A stretch of 59,761 bases of DNA, the filler included. It is 4 parts of 4 records of this genome, joined end to end, with 100 filler letters (N's around TTAATTAATTAA, not from the genome) between each part and the next. Parts side by side here need not be neighbours in the genome. Positions count along the whole stretch, not along the records: positions 29,340 to 45,926 come from DRR378314_147; 3 more parts are not named here. One strand, written 5' to 3'. A program made the translations under genes and the position numbers. Below, piece after piece: positions 34,883 to 44,336 of the stretch. The notes beneath the pieces were generated by a model. That model had not been told where the DNA came from. It did not search any database and saw only the letters and a list, made by a program, of their open reading frames with translations. Each line of letters begins with the position of its first letter. Position 1 is the first letter of the stretch.

Positions 34883-36871
34883 ATGTCCGACCAATATCAG
34901 ATCACCGAGACCGAGCACCTCTGGATCCCGCTGCCCGATGGCCGCCGTCTGGCGGCGCGGATGTGGTTGCCGGAGGGCACCGGGCCGTTTCCCGCGATCC
35001 TTGAATACCTGCCTTACCGCAAACGCGACGGCACCGCGCCGCGTGATGCCACCACGCATCCGGTGTTCGCCGCCCAGGGCTATGCTTGCGTGCGGGTGGA
35101 TATCGCAGGCTCCGGCGATAGCGACGGGCGGTTCGACGATGAGTATTCCGAACAGGAATTGTCGGACGGCGAGGCGGTGCTGGACTGGATCGCGTCGCAG
35201 CACTGGTCCAGCGGTAAGGTCGGGATGATCGGCATTTCCTGGGGCGGTTTCAACGGCTTGCAGATGGCCTATCGGCGCCCCGAGGCACTAAAGGCGGTGG
35301 TCTCCGTGGCCTCCACCGTGGATCGCTACGCCGATGACATCCACTACATGGGCGGCTGCCTGCTGAGTGACAACACAAACTGGGCGAGCCAGATGTTCGC
35401 CTATATGACCCGCCCGCTGGACCCGGTGTTGCGCCCCGACTGGCGTAGCGAATGGCTGGGACGGATCGAGGATCTGCCGTTCATGGCGGCGGATTGGCTG
35501 CGGCATCCGACGCGGGACGGGTTCTGGAAACACGGCTCCATCTGCGAGGACTGGTCGGCGATCACCGCGCCGGTGCTGGCGATCACCGGCTGGGCCGATG
35601 CCTATGTGAACGCGCCCCCGGCAATTGCGGCAAAGATGACCGGCGCGCCCGCCAAGGCCTTGATGGGTCCGTGGGAGCATCGCTACGCGCATATCTCGCA
35701 GATCGAGGCGGCGGATTTCCATGGCGAGGTGCTGCGTTGGTTTGATCAGTACCTGAAGGGCGAGCAGGCCGGGGCGGACAGCCTGCCGGATTACCGCGTC
35801 TTCATGCAGGAATTCACCCCGCCAAGCCCGAAGAATGTGCCCCAGAATGGCCGCTGGGTGGCGGAGGAGGTCTGGCCCTCACCGAGCGTTTCCGAGGTGG
35901 TCTGGCCGCTGGCCGAAGAGGGGTTTGCGCCGGATCCGCAGGCGGGCACGGCGCGGGTCAAGAGCCCGGCGACTGTGGGGCAGGCGGGGGGCTATTTCTG
36001 CCCCGGCATCCGCATCGACAACGAACGTCCGGGCGATCAGACGGTGGACGATGCGGCATCGACTTGCTTTGACAGCACGCCCCTGCTGGCGCCGATGGAG
36101 CTGTTGGGCCGCCCCCGTGTGCGGCTGTCCTTCAGCGTTGATCGGCCGGTGGCGCAGGTGGTGGCGCGGCTCTGCGACGTGGCGCCCTCGGGGCAATCGC
36201 AGCGGATCACCTATCGTCCCCGCAACCTGTGTCACGATGACAGTCACGAGGTCGCAACGCGACTGGAGCCGGGCAAGCGCTACGAGGTAGAGTTCGAGCT
36301 GAACGAATGCGCCCATCGCCTGCTGGCGGGGCATCAGCTGCGGCTGGCGCTGTCCACCTCCTACTGGCCCATCGTCTGGCCCGCGCCGGAGGCGGCGGAG
36401 ATCACCCTGCATCTGGAGGGCTGCGCGCTGGTGTTGCCGGAACGCCGGGTGGACACAGAGATCGCCCCGCAAGCGCCAGCCCCCGCGCGGGATTATCCGA
36501 CCTATCAGGCGGAGGTGCTGGAGGCCCCCTGGGGCGAGGCGGAAACGCGGGTGGAGGCCGATGGCACGCAGGTGCTGGAGAGCTTTGACAGCTATGGCGC
36601 GGCGCGCAACGCCAGCCACGGCCAGCTGGTCGGCAGCAATGTGCACATGCGCTATGCGATCCACCCCGATGACCCGGCCACAGCACGGTTCGACTGCAAT
36701 TGGGTGTTCGAATTCGCGCGCGACGACTGGGCGGTGCGGATCGAGACGGACAGCCGCATGACCTGCGACCGCGAAACATTCTACCTTTGGCGCGGGATCA
36801 AGGCCTATGAGGGCGAAGAGCTTGTGCTGACCCGCGAATGGCAGGAGGAGATCCCGCGCGGGTGCCACTGA
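34883..36871 (+). CDS. CocE/NonD family hydrolase (peptidase S15-like)
   Basis: LEYLPYRK, VDIAGSGDSDG, nucleophile GISWGG, GWAD, GPWEH and a C-terminal jelly-roll region. GGAGG ribosome-binding site. Confidence 0.95.
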   Translation: MSDQYQITETEHLWIPLPDGRRLAARMWLPEGTGPFPAILEYLPYRKRDGTAPRDATTHPVFAAQGYACVRVDIAGSGDSDGRFDDEYSEQELSDGEAVLDWIASQHWSSGKVGMIGISWGGFNGLQMAYRRPEALKAVVSVASTVDRYADDIHYMGGCLLSDNTNWASQMFAYMTRPLDPVLRPDWRSEWLGRIEDLPFMAADWLRHPTRDGFWKHGSICEDWSAITAPVLAITGWADAYVNAPPAIAAKMTGAPAKALMGPWEHRYAHISQIEAADFHGEVLRWFDQYLKGEQAGADSLPDYRVFMQEFTPPSPKNVPQNGRWVAEEVWPSPSVSEVVWPLAEEGFAPDPQAGTARVKSPATVGQAGGYFCPGIRIDNERPGDQTVDDAASTCFDSTPLLAPMELLGRPRVRLSFSVDRPVAQVVARLCDVAPSGQSQRITYRPRNLCHDDSHEVATRLEPGKRYEVEFELNECAHRLLAGHQLRLALSTSYWPIVWPAPEAAEITLHLEGCALVLPERRVDTEIAPQAPAPARDYPTYQAEVLEAPWGEAETRVEADGTQVLESFDSYGAARNASHGQLVGSNVHMRYAIHPDDPATARFDCNWVFEFARDDWAVRIETDSRMTCDRETFYLWRGIKAYEGEELVLTREWQEEIPRGCH

Positions 36872-36893
36872 GGTCGGCGGCGGGATCGTGAAT

Positions 36894-36941
36894 GAGGGGG
36901 GCGGTCAACCCGCGCCCCTCGTCTGTACCCCTTCGGAGGGT
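36894..36941. terminator. Hairpins between convergent genes (possible bidirectional terminator)
   Basis: GAGGGG-G-GCGG/CCGC-G-CCCCTC stem at 36894-36920, followed by an ACCC-C(TTCG)G-A-GGGT hairpin. There is no strong U-tract. Confidence 0.45.
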
Positions 36942-36954
36942 CAGGTTCGGAGTG

Positions 36955-37503
36955 TCAGGACTGGGGCAGGGCGCCTGGGTCGAACTGGCACAACTCGCCC
37001 GCCTTGGCGAGCGCCTGATCCAGCCCGTCGAGAGAGAAGCCACCGTAGAGCCAGGTTTCGCCCTCGGCGGCGCGCTCTACCGCAAAGCCGAAATCGCTCT
37101 GGGCTGACAGCATGGCGTCGAGAACTTCGGGAATGAAACCGGGCGTCATGCTTGCGCCATAGGTGAAGCCGGGGCCGGTGTAAAAGAACATCTCGTCGCC
37201 GAACCAGACTTGTTCGTCATCGATATAGAGCGTGACAAAATCTTCCGACTCGTCCCATGGTGGGTCGATCTCGTCCGGGGTGTCGGGCGTATAGATATAG
37301 TCGAACGTTGCGTTGAGGCCTTTGTTCTTGAAGGTGAATTCAAGATAGCCGGAGGTGTCGCGCGCCGATGACACGGTATAGACGTGGCAGGTGCTGCCCT
37401 TGTAGACAGCGGCCCAGTTGCCCGCTTCGGTAAAGAGATTTGCCGCATTGCCCAAGCCCGCAACGCAACACAGGGCCAAAGCCCCAAATGTAGTTTTCAG
37501 CAT
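36955..37503 (-). CDS. Secreted acidic hypothetical protein, IalB-like features
   Basis: Signal peptide MLKTTFGALALCCVAGLGNA; early W...C pair; C-terminal FSLDGLDQALAKAGELC. Confidence 0.65.
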   Translation of the reverse strand: MLKTTFGALALCCVAGLGNAANLFTEAGNWAAVYKGSTCHVYTVSSARDTSGYLEFTFKNKGLNATFDYIYTPDTPDEIDPPWDESEDFVTLYIDDEQVWFGDEMFFYTGPGFTYGASMTPGFIPEVLDAMLSAQSDFGFAVERAAEGETWLYGGFSLDGLDQALAKAGELCQFDPGALPQS

Positions 37504-37659
37504 ATTTGATACCCGGTTGAATGTCTGGTTCGCGCCACGATATGACGCAATCCATGCAAGAATCTTAATGCGAGATGTGGGGGCGTGCCAGCCCTGCCGT
37601 CCCCCTATTGCGTGTTCTTTCCTCGCCTGTGCCGCGTCTGGCTTGGCAAGGTTCATCCG

Positions 37660-38139
37660 TCAGCTTTCAGGGGTGGCGTGGATGGCGAATTGCTCCAGCT
37701 CTGCCGACTGTGCCTCGATCACACGAAAGCTCTCGCGCACCCCGGCATCCGTCAGCTCGCGTGCGACGGTCAGCAGCGTGTTGGGGTCGTGATCCTCGCA
37801 CAGCTCCGCCATGTGATCGAGCTCGGCTTCGGCCACCGGTCGTGCAGTCGCCAGATCGGGAGCGCCGTAGAGGGTGACGAAATGCGCGGCGAGTTGTTCG
37901 ATCAGGGCGGCAGCCTCATCGCTCTCGACCTGGGTGACGGCGACAAAGGTCACGCGCCCTCCGGTTTCCAGACCCATCCAGCCGTTGGCAAAGGCCTGGC
38001 GCTGTTTGCCGACCAGATCGCCTTCGCTCCAGTTGGAGAATTCAAAGCCGCCGGAGATGCACCACTCGCCGGTGCGGGCGGGGCTGGCAAAGACGTTCAT
38101 GTCGCTTTCGTCAAAGTGGATGGCACGGGCCAGTTTCAT
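37660..38139 (-). CDS. Conserved FDH-cluster hypothetical protein (DUF6505-like)
   Basis: MKLARAIHFDESDMNVF...GEWCISGGFEF...RQAFANGW. The DUF label is from memory and gene context. Confidence 0.75.
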   Translation of the reverse strand: MKLARAIHFDESDMNVFASPARTGEWCISGGFEFSNWSEGDLVGKQRQAFANGWMGLETGGRVTFVAVTQVESDEAAALIEQLAAHFVTLYGAPDLATARPVAEAELDHMAELCEDHDPNTLLTVARELTDAGVRESFRVIEAQSAELEQFAIHATPES

Positions 38140-38154
38140 GTCGTCTCTCTCCTG

Positions 38155-38859
38155 TCAGTCCCGCACCAACACTGTGGTCAGCGGGATCAGGTGGGTCGTT
38201 GTGTCATCGCGCAGCAGCATGCCGAAATCTGCGTCCACGCCAAGGAATGTGCCGTTGAGGCCGGCCTGTTGCCGATCCTCGCCGATGCCATGGGCCAATC
38301 CCTGCCATTCCGCGTGCAGCGCCTTCAGGTCGCCCTCGTCCCAACGGTTGATCCAGTGCAGGCAATGACGGGTCCAGCTCTCCAGTAGGCGCGGGGCGGT
38401 GACCTCGGCGCAGCCTTCGGCATAAAGCGCGGTCTGATCCGGGGTCTCGCCCCCATCGCCCTGAGGCCAGAGCGGCAGCTCCAGGGCGACCACTAGCCAG
38501 TCGGGTGGCGCGGCGGGATCATCGGTGCTGGCGGCAATGCGCAGGCTGCCGCAGCGGGCCCCGTTGATACGCAATCCGCCCTCCCAGTCCAGATGGACGG
38601 CCACCTCTGGCGGGGCCAGCGCGCCAAGGGCGTTCTGGAAACCGACGCCACAGGTGGGCAGCATCGCCATCGCCTGTGCCAGCGGCACCTCCGGCGCCAG
38701 CACCAGCGCTGCGCGCAGAGTGTCAGCGCCGAGGTCATACACCACCAGCCCTGCGTCCACGCCCAGCTCTGCCTTCTGGCGCGCCAGATCAAAGGGATCC
38801 TGCCCGGGACCGGCAGCCTCGCCCGTCATCAGGGGCGGAAAGGTGACCTCATCGCTCAT
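38155..38859 (-). CDS. Biotin/lipoate protein ligase-like domain protein (DUF4444-type C-terminus)
   Basis: FPPLM, LVLAPEVPL, LDWEGGLRINGARCG, TALYAEGC and C-terminal GTFLGVDADFGMLL, resembling the BirA C-terminal domain. Confidence 0.78.
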   Translation of the reverse strand: MSDEVTFPPLMTGEAAGPGQDPFDLARQKAELGVDAGLVVYDLGADTLRAALVLAPEVPLAQAMAMLPTCGVGFQNALGALAPPEVAVHLDWEGGLRINGARCGSLRIAASTDDPAAPPDWLVVALELPLWPQGDGGETPDQTALYAEGCAEVTAPRLLESWTRHCLHWINRWDEGDLKALHAEWQGLAHGIGEDRQQAGLNGTFLGVDADFGMLLRDDTTTHLIPLTTVLVRD

Positions 38860-39926
38860 GCGGCGCCGCGCTCCACCAGCCCTGCCGCGATGTCCTGAAA
38901 CGCCTTGGCCTGCGGGCTGTCGGGCTTGGACACCACGATCGGCGCGCCCCCGTCGGAGGCCAGACGCACGTCCAGATGCAGGGGCACTTCGGCCAGCAGC
39001 GGCACGTTCAGCTTTTCAGCCTCTGCGGCAACGCCGCCATGGCCGAAGATATGCTCCTCATGGCCGCAGTTGGAACAGATATGGGTCGACATGTTCTCGA
39101 TCAGGCCGAGGATCGGCACGTTCAGCTTCTGGAACATGTCGATGCCCTTGCGCGCGTCGATCAGCGCCACGTCCTGCGGCGTGGAGACCACAATGGCGCC
39201 GTCCACCTCGGCCTTTTGGGCCAACGTCATCTGCACGTCGCCGGTGCCCGGTGGCAGGTCGACGATCAGCACGTCGAGCGCCCCCCATTGCACCTGCATC
39301 ATCATCTGCTGCAGCGCGCCCATCAGCATCGGGCCACGCCAGACCACGGCCTGATCGTCATTGGTCATCAGGCCGATTGACATCATGGTGACGCCGTGAT
39401 TGCGCAGGGGCAGGATGGTCTTGCCATCGGGGCTGGCCGGGCGGCCCGAAACGCCGAGCATGCGCGGTTGCGAGGGGCCGTAGACATCCGCGTCCAACAG
39501 TCCGACGCGACGGCCTGCCTGCGCCAAGGCACAGGCCAGGTTGGCGGAAACGGTGGATTTGCCGACGCCACCCTTGCCGGAGGCCACGGCGATGATTTTT
39601 GCGACGCCGGGGATCTTCTGCGGGCCTTGGGGCTGTGCAGGTTTGCTGCCGGCCTTGAGATCCGGCGGCGGTGCCTTGGCGCTATGCGCGGTCATTAGGG
39701 CGGAGACTTTCTCCACCTCGGGCAGGTCGCTGACCAGGGCCTCGGCCTGATCGCGCAGCGGGGCGTAAGTATCTGATTTCGCGGGGTCGATTTCCATCAC
39801 GAAGCGCACATTGGCATCTTCGAGTGTGAGGGCACGGACGATCCCGGCGGCAACAATGTCGCTGCCGCTTACGGGATCCTTGAGGGTCTTGAGGGCGTCG
39901 AGGACGGCGTCGCGGGTGATGGACAC
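38856..39926 (-). CDS. mrp: Mrp/ApbC/NBP35 Fe-S cluster carrier ATPase
   Basis: SGKGGVGKST, DADVYGPS, WRGPM, DLPPGTGD and ENMS...CSNC. Confidence 0.95.
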   Translation of the reverse strand: MSITRDAVLDALKTLKDPVSGSDIVAAGIVRALTLEDANVRFVMEIDPAKSDTYAPLRDQAEALVSDLPEVEKVSALMTAHSAKAPPPDLKAGSKPAQPQGPQKIPGVAKIIAVASGKGGVGKSTVSANLACALAQAGRRVGLLDADVYGPSQPRMLGVSGRPASPDGKTILPLRNHGVTMMSIGLMTNDDQAVVWRGPMLMGALQQMMMQVQWGALDVLIVDLPPGTGDVQMTLAQKAEVDGAIVVSTPQDVALIDARKGIDMFQKLNVPILGLIENMSTHICSNCGHEEHIFGHGGVAAEAEKLNVPLLAEVPLHLDVRLASDGGAPIVVSKPDSPQAKAFQDIAAGLVERGAA

Positions 39927-40018
39927 GCGGGGCTACTCCTTGGTTGGTCTGTTGAGGTCTTGCGGCTGCGCGGGGCAGGACGCTTGACGGATCTCTTGCG
40001 GGCTATCTAGCATGGCAT

Positions 40019-40789
40019 ATGGCTCGGGCGACAGGGATAAGCGGTCTGATCGGGGGCGCGCTGCTGGCGGTCCTGCCGGGCGGGCCGGACGGGTTTGGCG
40101 CGCAGGAGGCGCGCAACCTGCGCCTTGCCGCGCCCCAGATCTTGGTCGACACTGGCCTGTTCGACTACATCCTGCCGCGATTTTCCCTGAAAACACAGGT
40201 GCGTGTGTCGCTGGTGCCCAGCGGTGCCCCGGCAGAGGCGGTGATCGCCCGCGACGGCGTGGCGGTTTTCGCCGACCACAGCGGCAGCTGGCACCTGCAG
40301 GTGCTGGCACCGGATCATGCGGGCGCCGACCGGTTCGCCGACTGGCTGCTGTCGGAGGTCGGCCTGCGCACGGTGTTGAGCTTTGCGCCAGAGGGCGCGG
40401 CGCTGTTCCATGCCCCGGAGGTTGCGGCGGAGGCGGCCGAGGAGCAGGTCTTCGACGGCGATGCCAAAGCAGGGCAGGCGCTGTCGCTGCAGCACTGCGG
40501 GCGGTGCCACGTGGTGTCGGAGCAGAACCGGATGAAGGCCATCGGCTCGACGCCGTCGTTCTCCGTGCTGCGCGGTTTCGCCGACTGGGAGGAGCGGTTC
40601 AGCGCGTTTTTTGTGCTGAAACCGCACGGTGCCTTCACCCAGATCGAAGACGTCACAGCGCCCTTTGATGCGGAACGCCCGTCGCCCATCGTGCCGGTGG
40701 AGATGACACTGGACGAACTGGACAGCATCCTTGCCTATGTGGCGCTGATGGTGCCCGCTGACCTCGGCCAGCCGCTGCAGATGAAGTGA
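40019..40789 (+). CDS. Exported monoheme cytochrome c with an N-terminal truncated TupA-like domain
   Basis: Signal-like N-terminus; LRLAAPQILVDTGLFDYILPRF...; ADRFADWLLSEVG...LFHA; DAKAGQALSLQHCGRCH (CxxCH heme motif). Confidence 0.75.
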   Translation: MARATGISGLIGGALLAVLPGGPDGFGAQEARNLRLAAPQILVDTGLFDYILPRFSLKTQVRVSLVPSGAPAEAVIARDGVAVFADHSGSWHLQVLAPDHAGADRFADWLLSEVGLRTVLSFAPEGAALFHAPEVAAEAAEEQVFDGDAKAGQALSLQHCGRCHVVSEQNRMKAIGSTPSFSVLRGFADWEERFSAFFVLKPHGAFTQIEDVTAPFDAERPSPIVPVEMTLDELDSILAYVALMVPADLGQPLQMK

Positions 40790-40807
40790 GTTCATTGCGC
40801 CGTGCCC

Positions 40808-42766
40808 TCAGTGATCGCGGCGTTTGCTGAGGTAATCCTCGGTGGTGCGCACGCGCGGACGCTCCTTGCCGGCAAAAGGCGAGTTTTGCTGATGGAACTG
40901 GGCGCTGACCCGGCAGTCATCACACATCTGGATCATCTTCGCGGCCTCGGGATTGCCAAACATCGAGTGCTTCCCGGCCAGCTTCTCGGTGATCTTCTCG
41001 ACCGTGGATTTGACGCCAAACAGGCTGCCGCATTCGATGCAGGCAAAGGGTTCTTCCTCGTGCAGCACCACCTGATCCAGCGCCGAGGCGGCGAGGTTGA
41101 GGCGGGGCTCATAGGTGATTGCATCCTCCGGGCAGACATTGGCGCAGAGGCCGCATTGCAGGCAGGCGTCCTCCTGAAAGCGCAGCTGCGGCAGGTCCGG
41201 ATTGTCGCCAAGCGCGCCGGACGGGCAGAGCGACACGCAGGAGAGACACAGGGTGCAAGCGTCCTGATCGACCAGAACAGCCCCGTAAGGCGCGCCTTCG
41301 GGCAGCGGCAGCCGCGTGTCCGCTGGCGTGAGGGCCAGCGCCGCCTGCCGGGTGATCTGACGGCGGGTGCCCATGGGACGCTGGGGTGTTTCGACAGGGG
41401 CGGGCAGGGTGCGCTCGGCATAAAGCTCATCGCAGAACGCTTCAGGCTCGCTCGCCTGCAGCATCCGGGCCGCGCCCGGAGCGATGGCATCGGCAAGCGC
41501 GATCTCCCGCATCTGCACCTCCATGTCGGTGCTGGGGCCGGGCAGGAGGGAGACGTCGAGGAACCCTGCGGCGCGGGCGGCGAGGATCTCGGCGTGACCA
41601 AAGGTGTTGAGCGCTTCGACCTCCAGCGGGATCATGGCGGCGGGCAGGCCACGTTCAAAACGGGCGGCCAGGCGGATCATCTCGGCGCCATGGGCGTCGA
41701 CCACCAGCAGGCGCGGTTCGGTGCCCCCGGCGTCGAGATAGGCCTTCGCGAGGGTCTGGATGCGGCGAAACAGACTCTCGGCGGGCGGTGCATCATAGGT
41801 GATCGCGCCAGATGGGCAGAGCGAGGCGCAGGCCCCACAGCCCGCGCAGATCATCGGGTCGATGGACACACTGTCACCATCGGGCAGGATCGCGCCGGTG
41901 GGGCAGACGTCCAGACAGCGGGTGCAGCCGGTTTGCCGGGCGCGAGAATGGGCGCAGAGCAGCGGCTCGGTTTTCACATAGAGCGGCTTTTCAAACGTGC
42001 CGACCAGCTGACTTGCGGCGAGAATGGCATCGGCGACTGAGGTGGGCGATTTGGGGTCCGCACGCAGATACCCCTCGCGTTTTTCCGGAGCCGGGAACAG
42101 GGGGAGGCCGCCGCTGAGGTCGAGAATGATATCGCACTCCGACTGGCCGCCATCACGGGGGGCGCTCCAGGTCCAGGTGCGCCCGGTGATATCGAGCGAT
42201 TGCAGCGCGTCGACCGTGATACGAAAGCCGCCAAGGGCGCCGCGCGCGCTGCGCAACTGACCGCGGATCGCGTCGAAACCGCGCGACATTGGCGGCTCTT
42301 CCGTGTCGCTCAACAGCACCGTGACCCCAAGAATATCCTGCAATTTCGCCGCGGCGGGCAAAACCACATCAGCCGCGCCGAGAATGAGGCAAAGGCCCTC
42401 GCTGATCACATCCAGCGTCTTGGCCTGGGTGCCGCCCATCTGTGCTTCGGCGATCAGGGCGGACATTTTGGGTATCACCGCCCCCGGTTTTTCGGCCTCG
42501 GCGGACCAACCTGCCCGGTCCCGGAGGTCGAGAAAGAGGGGGGAGTCAGCGCCGGTTTCCTCGGCAAGTTCGGCGAAAAGTCGGGTTTCCTGGCCACAGC
42601 AAATAATTGTGTCAGGCTCGTGAAGAGCCGCCACCGCGGCCTCTGTTTCCCGGGTGCACAGGACGGAATGGACCTTGGAGCACGGCAGTCCGGTCGCGTC
42701 AGTCAATGCCTCCGGGTCGAGGGGTTGTGATCCGGAACAATCACACAATATCAAACGTTTGGTCAT
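40808..42766 (-). CDS. Multi-[4Fe-4S] polyferredoxin of FDH clusters
   Basis: MTKRLILCDC start; CTRCLDVCP, CAGCGACASLCP, CTLCLSCVSLCP, CLQCGLCANVCP, CIEC and CDDC. Confidence 0.92.
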   Translation of the reverse strand: MTKRLILCDCSGSQPLDPEALTDATGLPCSKVHSVLCTRETEAAVAALHEPDTIICCGQETRLFAELAEETGADSPLFLDLRDRAGWSAEAEKPGAVIPKMSALIAEAQMGGTQAKTLDVISEGLCLILGAADVVLPAAAKLQDILGVTVLLSDTEEPPMSRGFDAIRGQLRSARGALGGFRITVDALQSLDITGRTWTWSAPRDGGQSECDIILDLSGGLPLFPAPEKREGYLRADPKSPTSVADAILAASQLVGTFEKPLYVKTEPLLCAHSRARQTGCTRCLDVCPTGAILPDGDSVSIDPMICAGCGACASLCPSGAITYDAPPAESLFRRIQTLAKAYLDAGGTEPRLLVVDAHGAEMIRLAARFERGLPAAMIPLEVEALNTFGHAEILAARAAGFLDVSLLPGPSTDMEVQMREIALADAIAPGAARMLQASEPEAFCDELYAERTLPAPVETPQRPMGTRRQITRQAALALTPADTRLPLPEGAPYGAVLVDQDACTLCLSCVSLCPSGALGDNPDLPQLRFQEDACLQCGLCANVCPEDAITYEPRLNLAASALDQVVLHEEEPFACIECGSLFGVKSTVEKITEKLAGKHSMFGNPEAAKMIQMCDDCRVSAQFHQQNSPFAGKERPRVRTTEDYLSKRRDH

Positions 42767-43104
42767 TGATTTCTCGCTCGCGGTCAGGCTGGCATTTGGC
42801 GCCGATTTTACGGTTTCGGCCCTCACCCTAGACATGTTTTCATCCGGTCGTAAACCACTGGTCGCACGGCGGGTGATGCGCGGCTCTGCATCGATAGGCG
42901 AGGTGATTCGCGCCGTCATCACAAAAACTGAATGCCTGATAAAAAAACTAGAATTAGACAATTCGTCCACTGTTGTCCGGGGTGGGCTAAACGGGCTGCC
43001 AAATTGTCCAGCGCTGATGAAAATACGGGCAGGAGATGCACTGTGTGCTTTTGCATGCAGCATGGTTTGCGGCAGTGTTGCGGGAACCAAGCCAAGGATG
43101 GGCC

Positions 43105-43668
43105 GTGGACCAGAACAGCTCAAAGATCGACGTGATGCCGCTGGGCGTTGTTATTCGGCGAACCCCCGGGGTGACGCCGTGGGCGCGTTGGGCATGGACG
43201 GTCGTGGCCGTGCTGCCGGGGGCGGCGGATGCGGACTGGGCTCTACTGCGCGAAGAGGATGGGGCGTGTGAGTTTCACGCGGCCACCCTGACGCTGGAAT
43301 TGCACCGCGCCGATGCTGAGGCTTACATGCAGGGGCTGACCGCAAACCCGCCGAGCATCTACGTGGTGCTGCGCCCGGGTCCAAATGCGCGCCCGGAGGT
43401 GACGCTGGTGACGGCCTCGCCGTTTGAGGCGCAGGACTATGCCGACACTGGCGAGGATCAGGTGGAGAAGGTGGACATGCCCGCCGGGCTGGTGGCCTGG
43501 GTGCGGGATTTCACCCTCACGCATTTCAAGGAAGAAGAATTCAAGAAACGCCGGCGGGATCGCCAGCGGGTTGATCTTGAGGAAGATGGCGTTGGCGATG
43601 CGCGCATTCCGCAACTGACGGATGTTTATCGCGCGCCGGTCAAGGCCCGCAAGGAGCGCCTGCAATGA
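43105..43668 (+). CDS. DUF3305 family protein (FDH-associated; start uncertain)
   Basis: MPLGVVIRR...WARWAW...LELHRADAEAY...VTASPFEA...FKKRRRDR. Confidence 0.85.
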   Translation: MDQNSSKIDVMPLGVVIRRTPGVTPWARWAWTVVAVLPGAADADWALLREEDGACEFHAATLTLELHRADAEAYMQGLTANPPSIYVVLRPGPNARPEVTLVTASPFEAQDYADTGEDQVEKVDMPAGLVAWVRDFTLTHFKEEEFKKRRRDRQRVDLEEDGVGDARIPQLTDVYRAPVKARKERLQ

Positions 43669-44336
43669 GCGCGCGGGATTTCTGGTCCCGCCGCCGCGCT
43701 GCGGTCGAGGCGGAGGCGGCCACCGAGGCGCGCGCTGTGGCGGAAGTCGAGGTCGCCGAGCGCGAGGCCGCTCTGGCGGACCGTGATGAGGCGGAGCTGT
43801 TGGCTGAGCTGGATCTGCCGGACCCGGACACGCTGGGGGCGGGCGATGATTTCAAGGCCTTCCTGTCTGATGCGGTTCCGGCGCGGCTGAAGACCCGGGC
43901 GCTGCGTCGCTTGTGGCTGACCAACCCGGTGCTGGCCAATGTCGACGGGCTCTTGGATTACGGTGAGGATTTTACTGACGCGGCAATGGCGGTGGAGAAC
44001 ATCCAGACCGCCTATCAGGTCGGCAAGGGCATGACCGCCCATGTCGAGGAACTGGCGCGTCAGGCGGAGCTGAAAGCGGCGGCTGAGGCCGGCGATGTGG
44101 GGCAGGCCGCCCAAACCTCTCTCGAAGAGGATGACGGCGCGGAGGCGGACGCCGGGATGGCTGAGGCTGAGGACCAGGATGCGCCAGCGCTGCCAGAGCA
44201 GGCAGGCGACCTCGCGGATCTCCAGCATGATGCGCAGCAACAGGTCAGCACCATTGGCTCTGAGGAAGAAGTGTCGGGTGTGGCCCGTTCTCGGCGAATG
44301 CGCTTTGCGTTTGATGGGGCGGAGACAGAAACATGA
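43665..44336 (+). CDS. DUF3306 family protein (FDH-associated)
   Basis: FWSRRR, LPDPDTL, DFKAFL, ALRRLW and DGLLDYGEDFT. ATGA-coupled to the upstream gene. Confidence 0.87.
   Translation: MSARDFWSRRRAAVEAEAATEARAVAEVEVAEREAALADRDEAELLAELDLPDPDTLGAGDDFKAFLSDAVPARLKTRALRRLWLTNPVLANVDGLLDYGEDFTDAAMAVENIQTAYQVGKGMTAHVEELARQAELKAAAEAGDVGQAAQTSLEEDDGAEADAGMAEAEDQDAPALPEQAGDLADLQHDAQQQVSTIGSEEEVSGVARSRRMRFAFDGAETET

Noticed and set aside
42767..43123. 119-aa N-terminal extension of the polyferredoxin ORF
   Set aside because: It spans the divergent promoter region and overlaps the DUF3305 start; the family-like sequence begins at MTKRLILCDC (42766).
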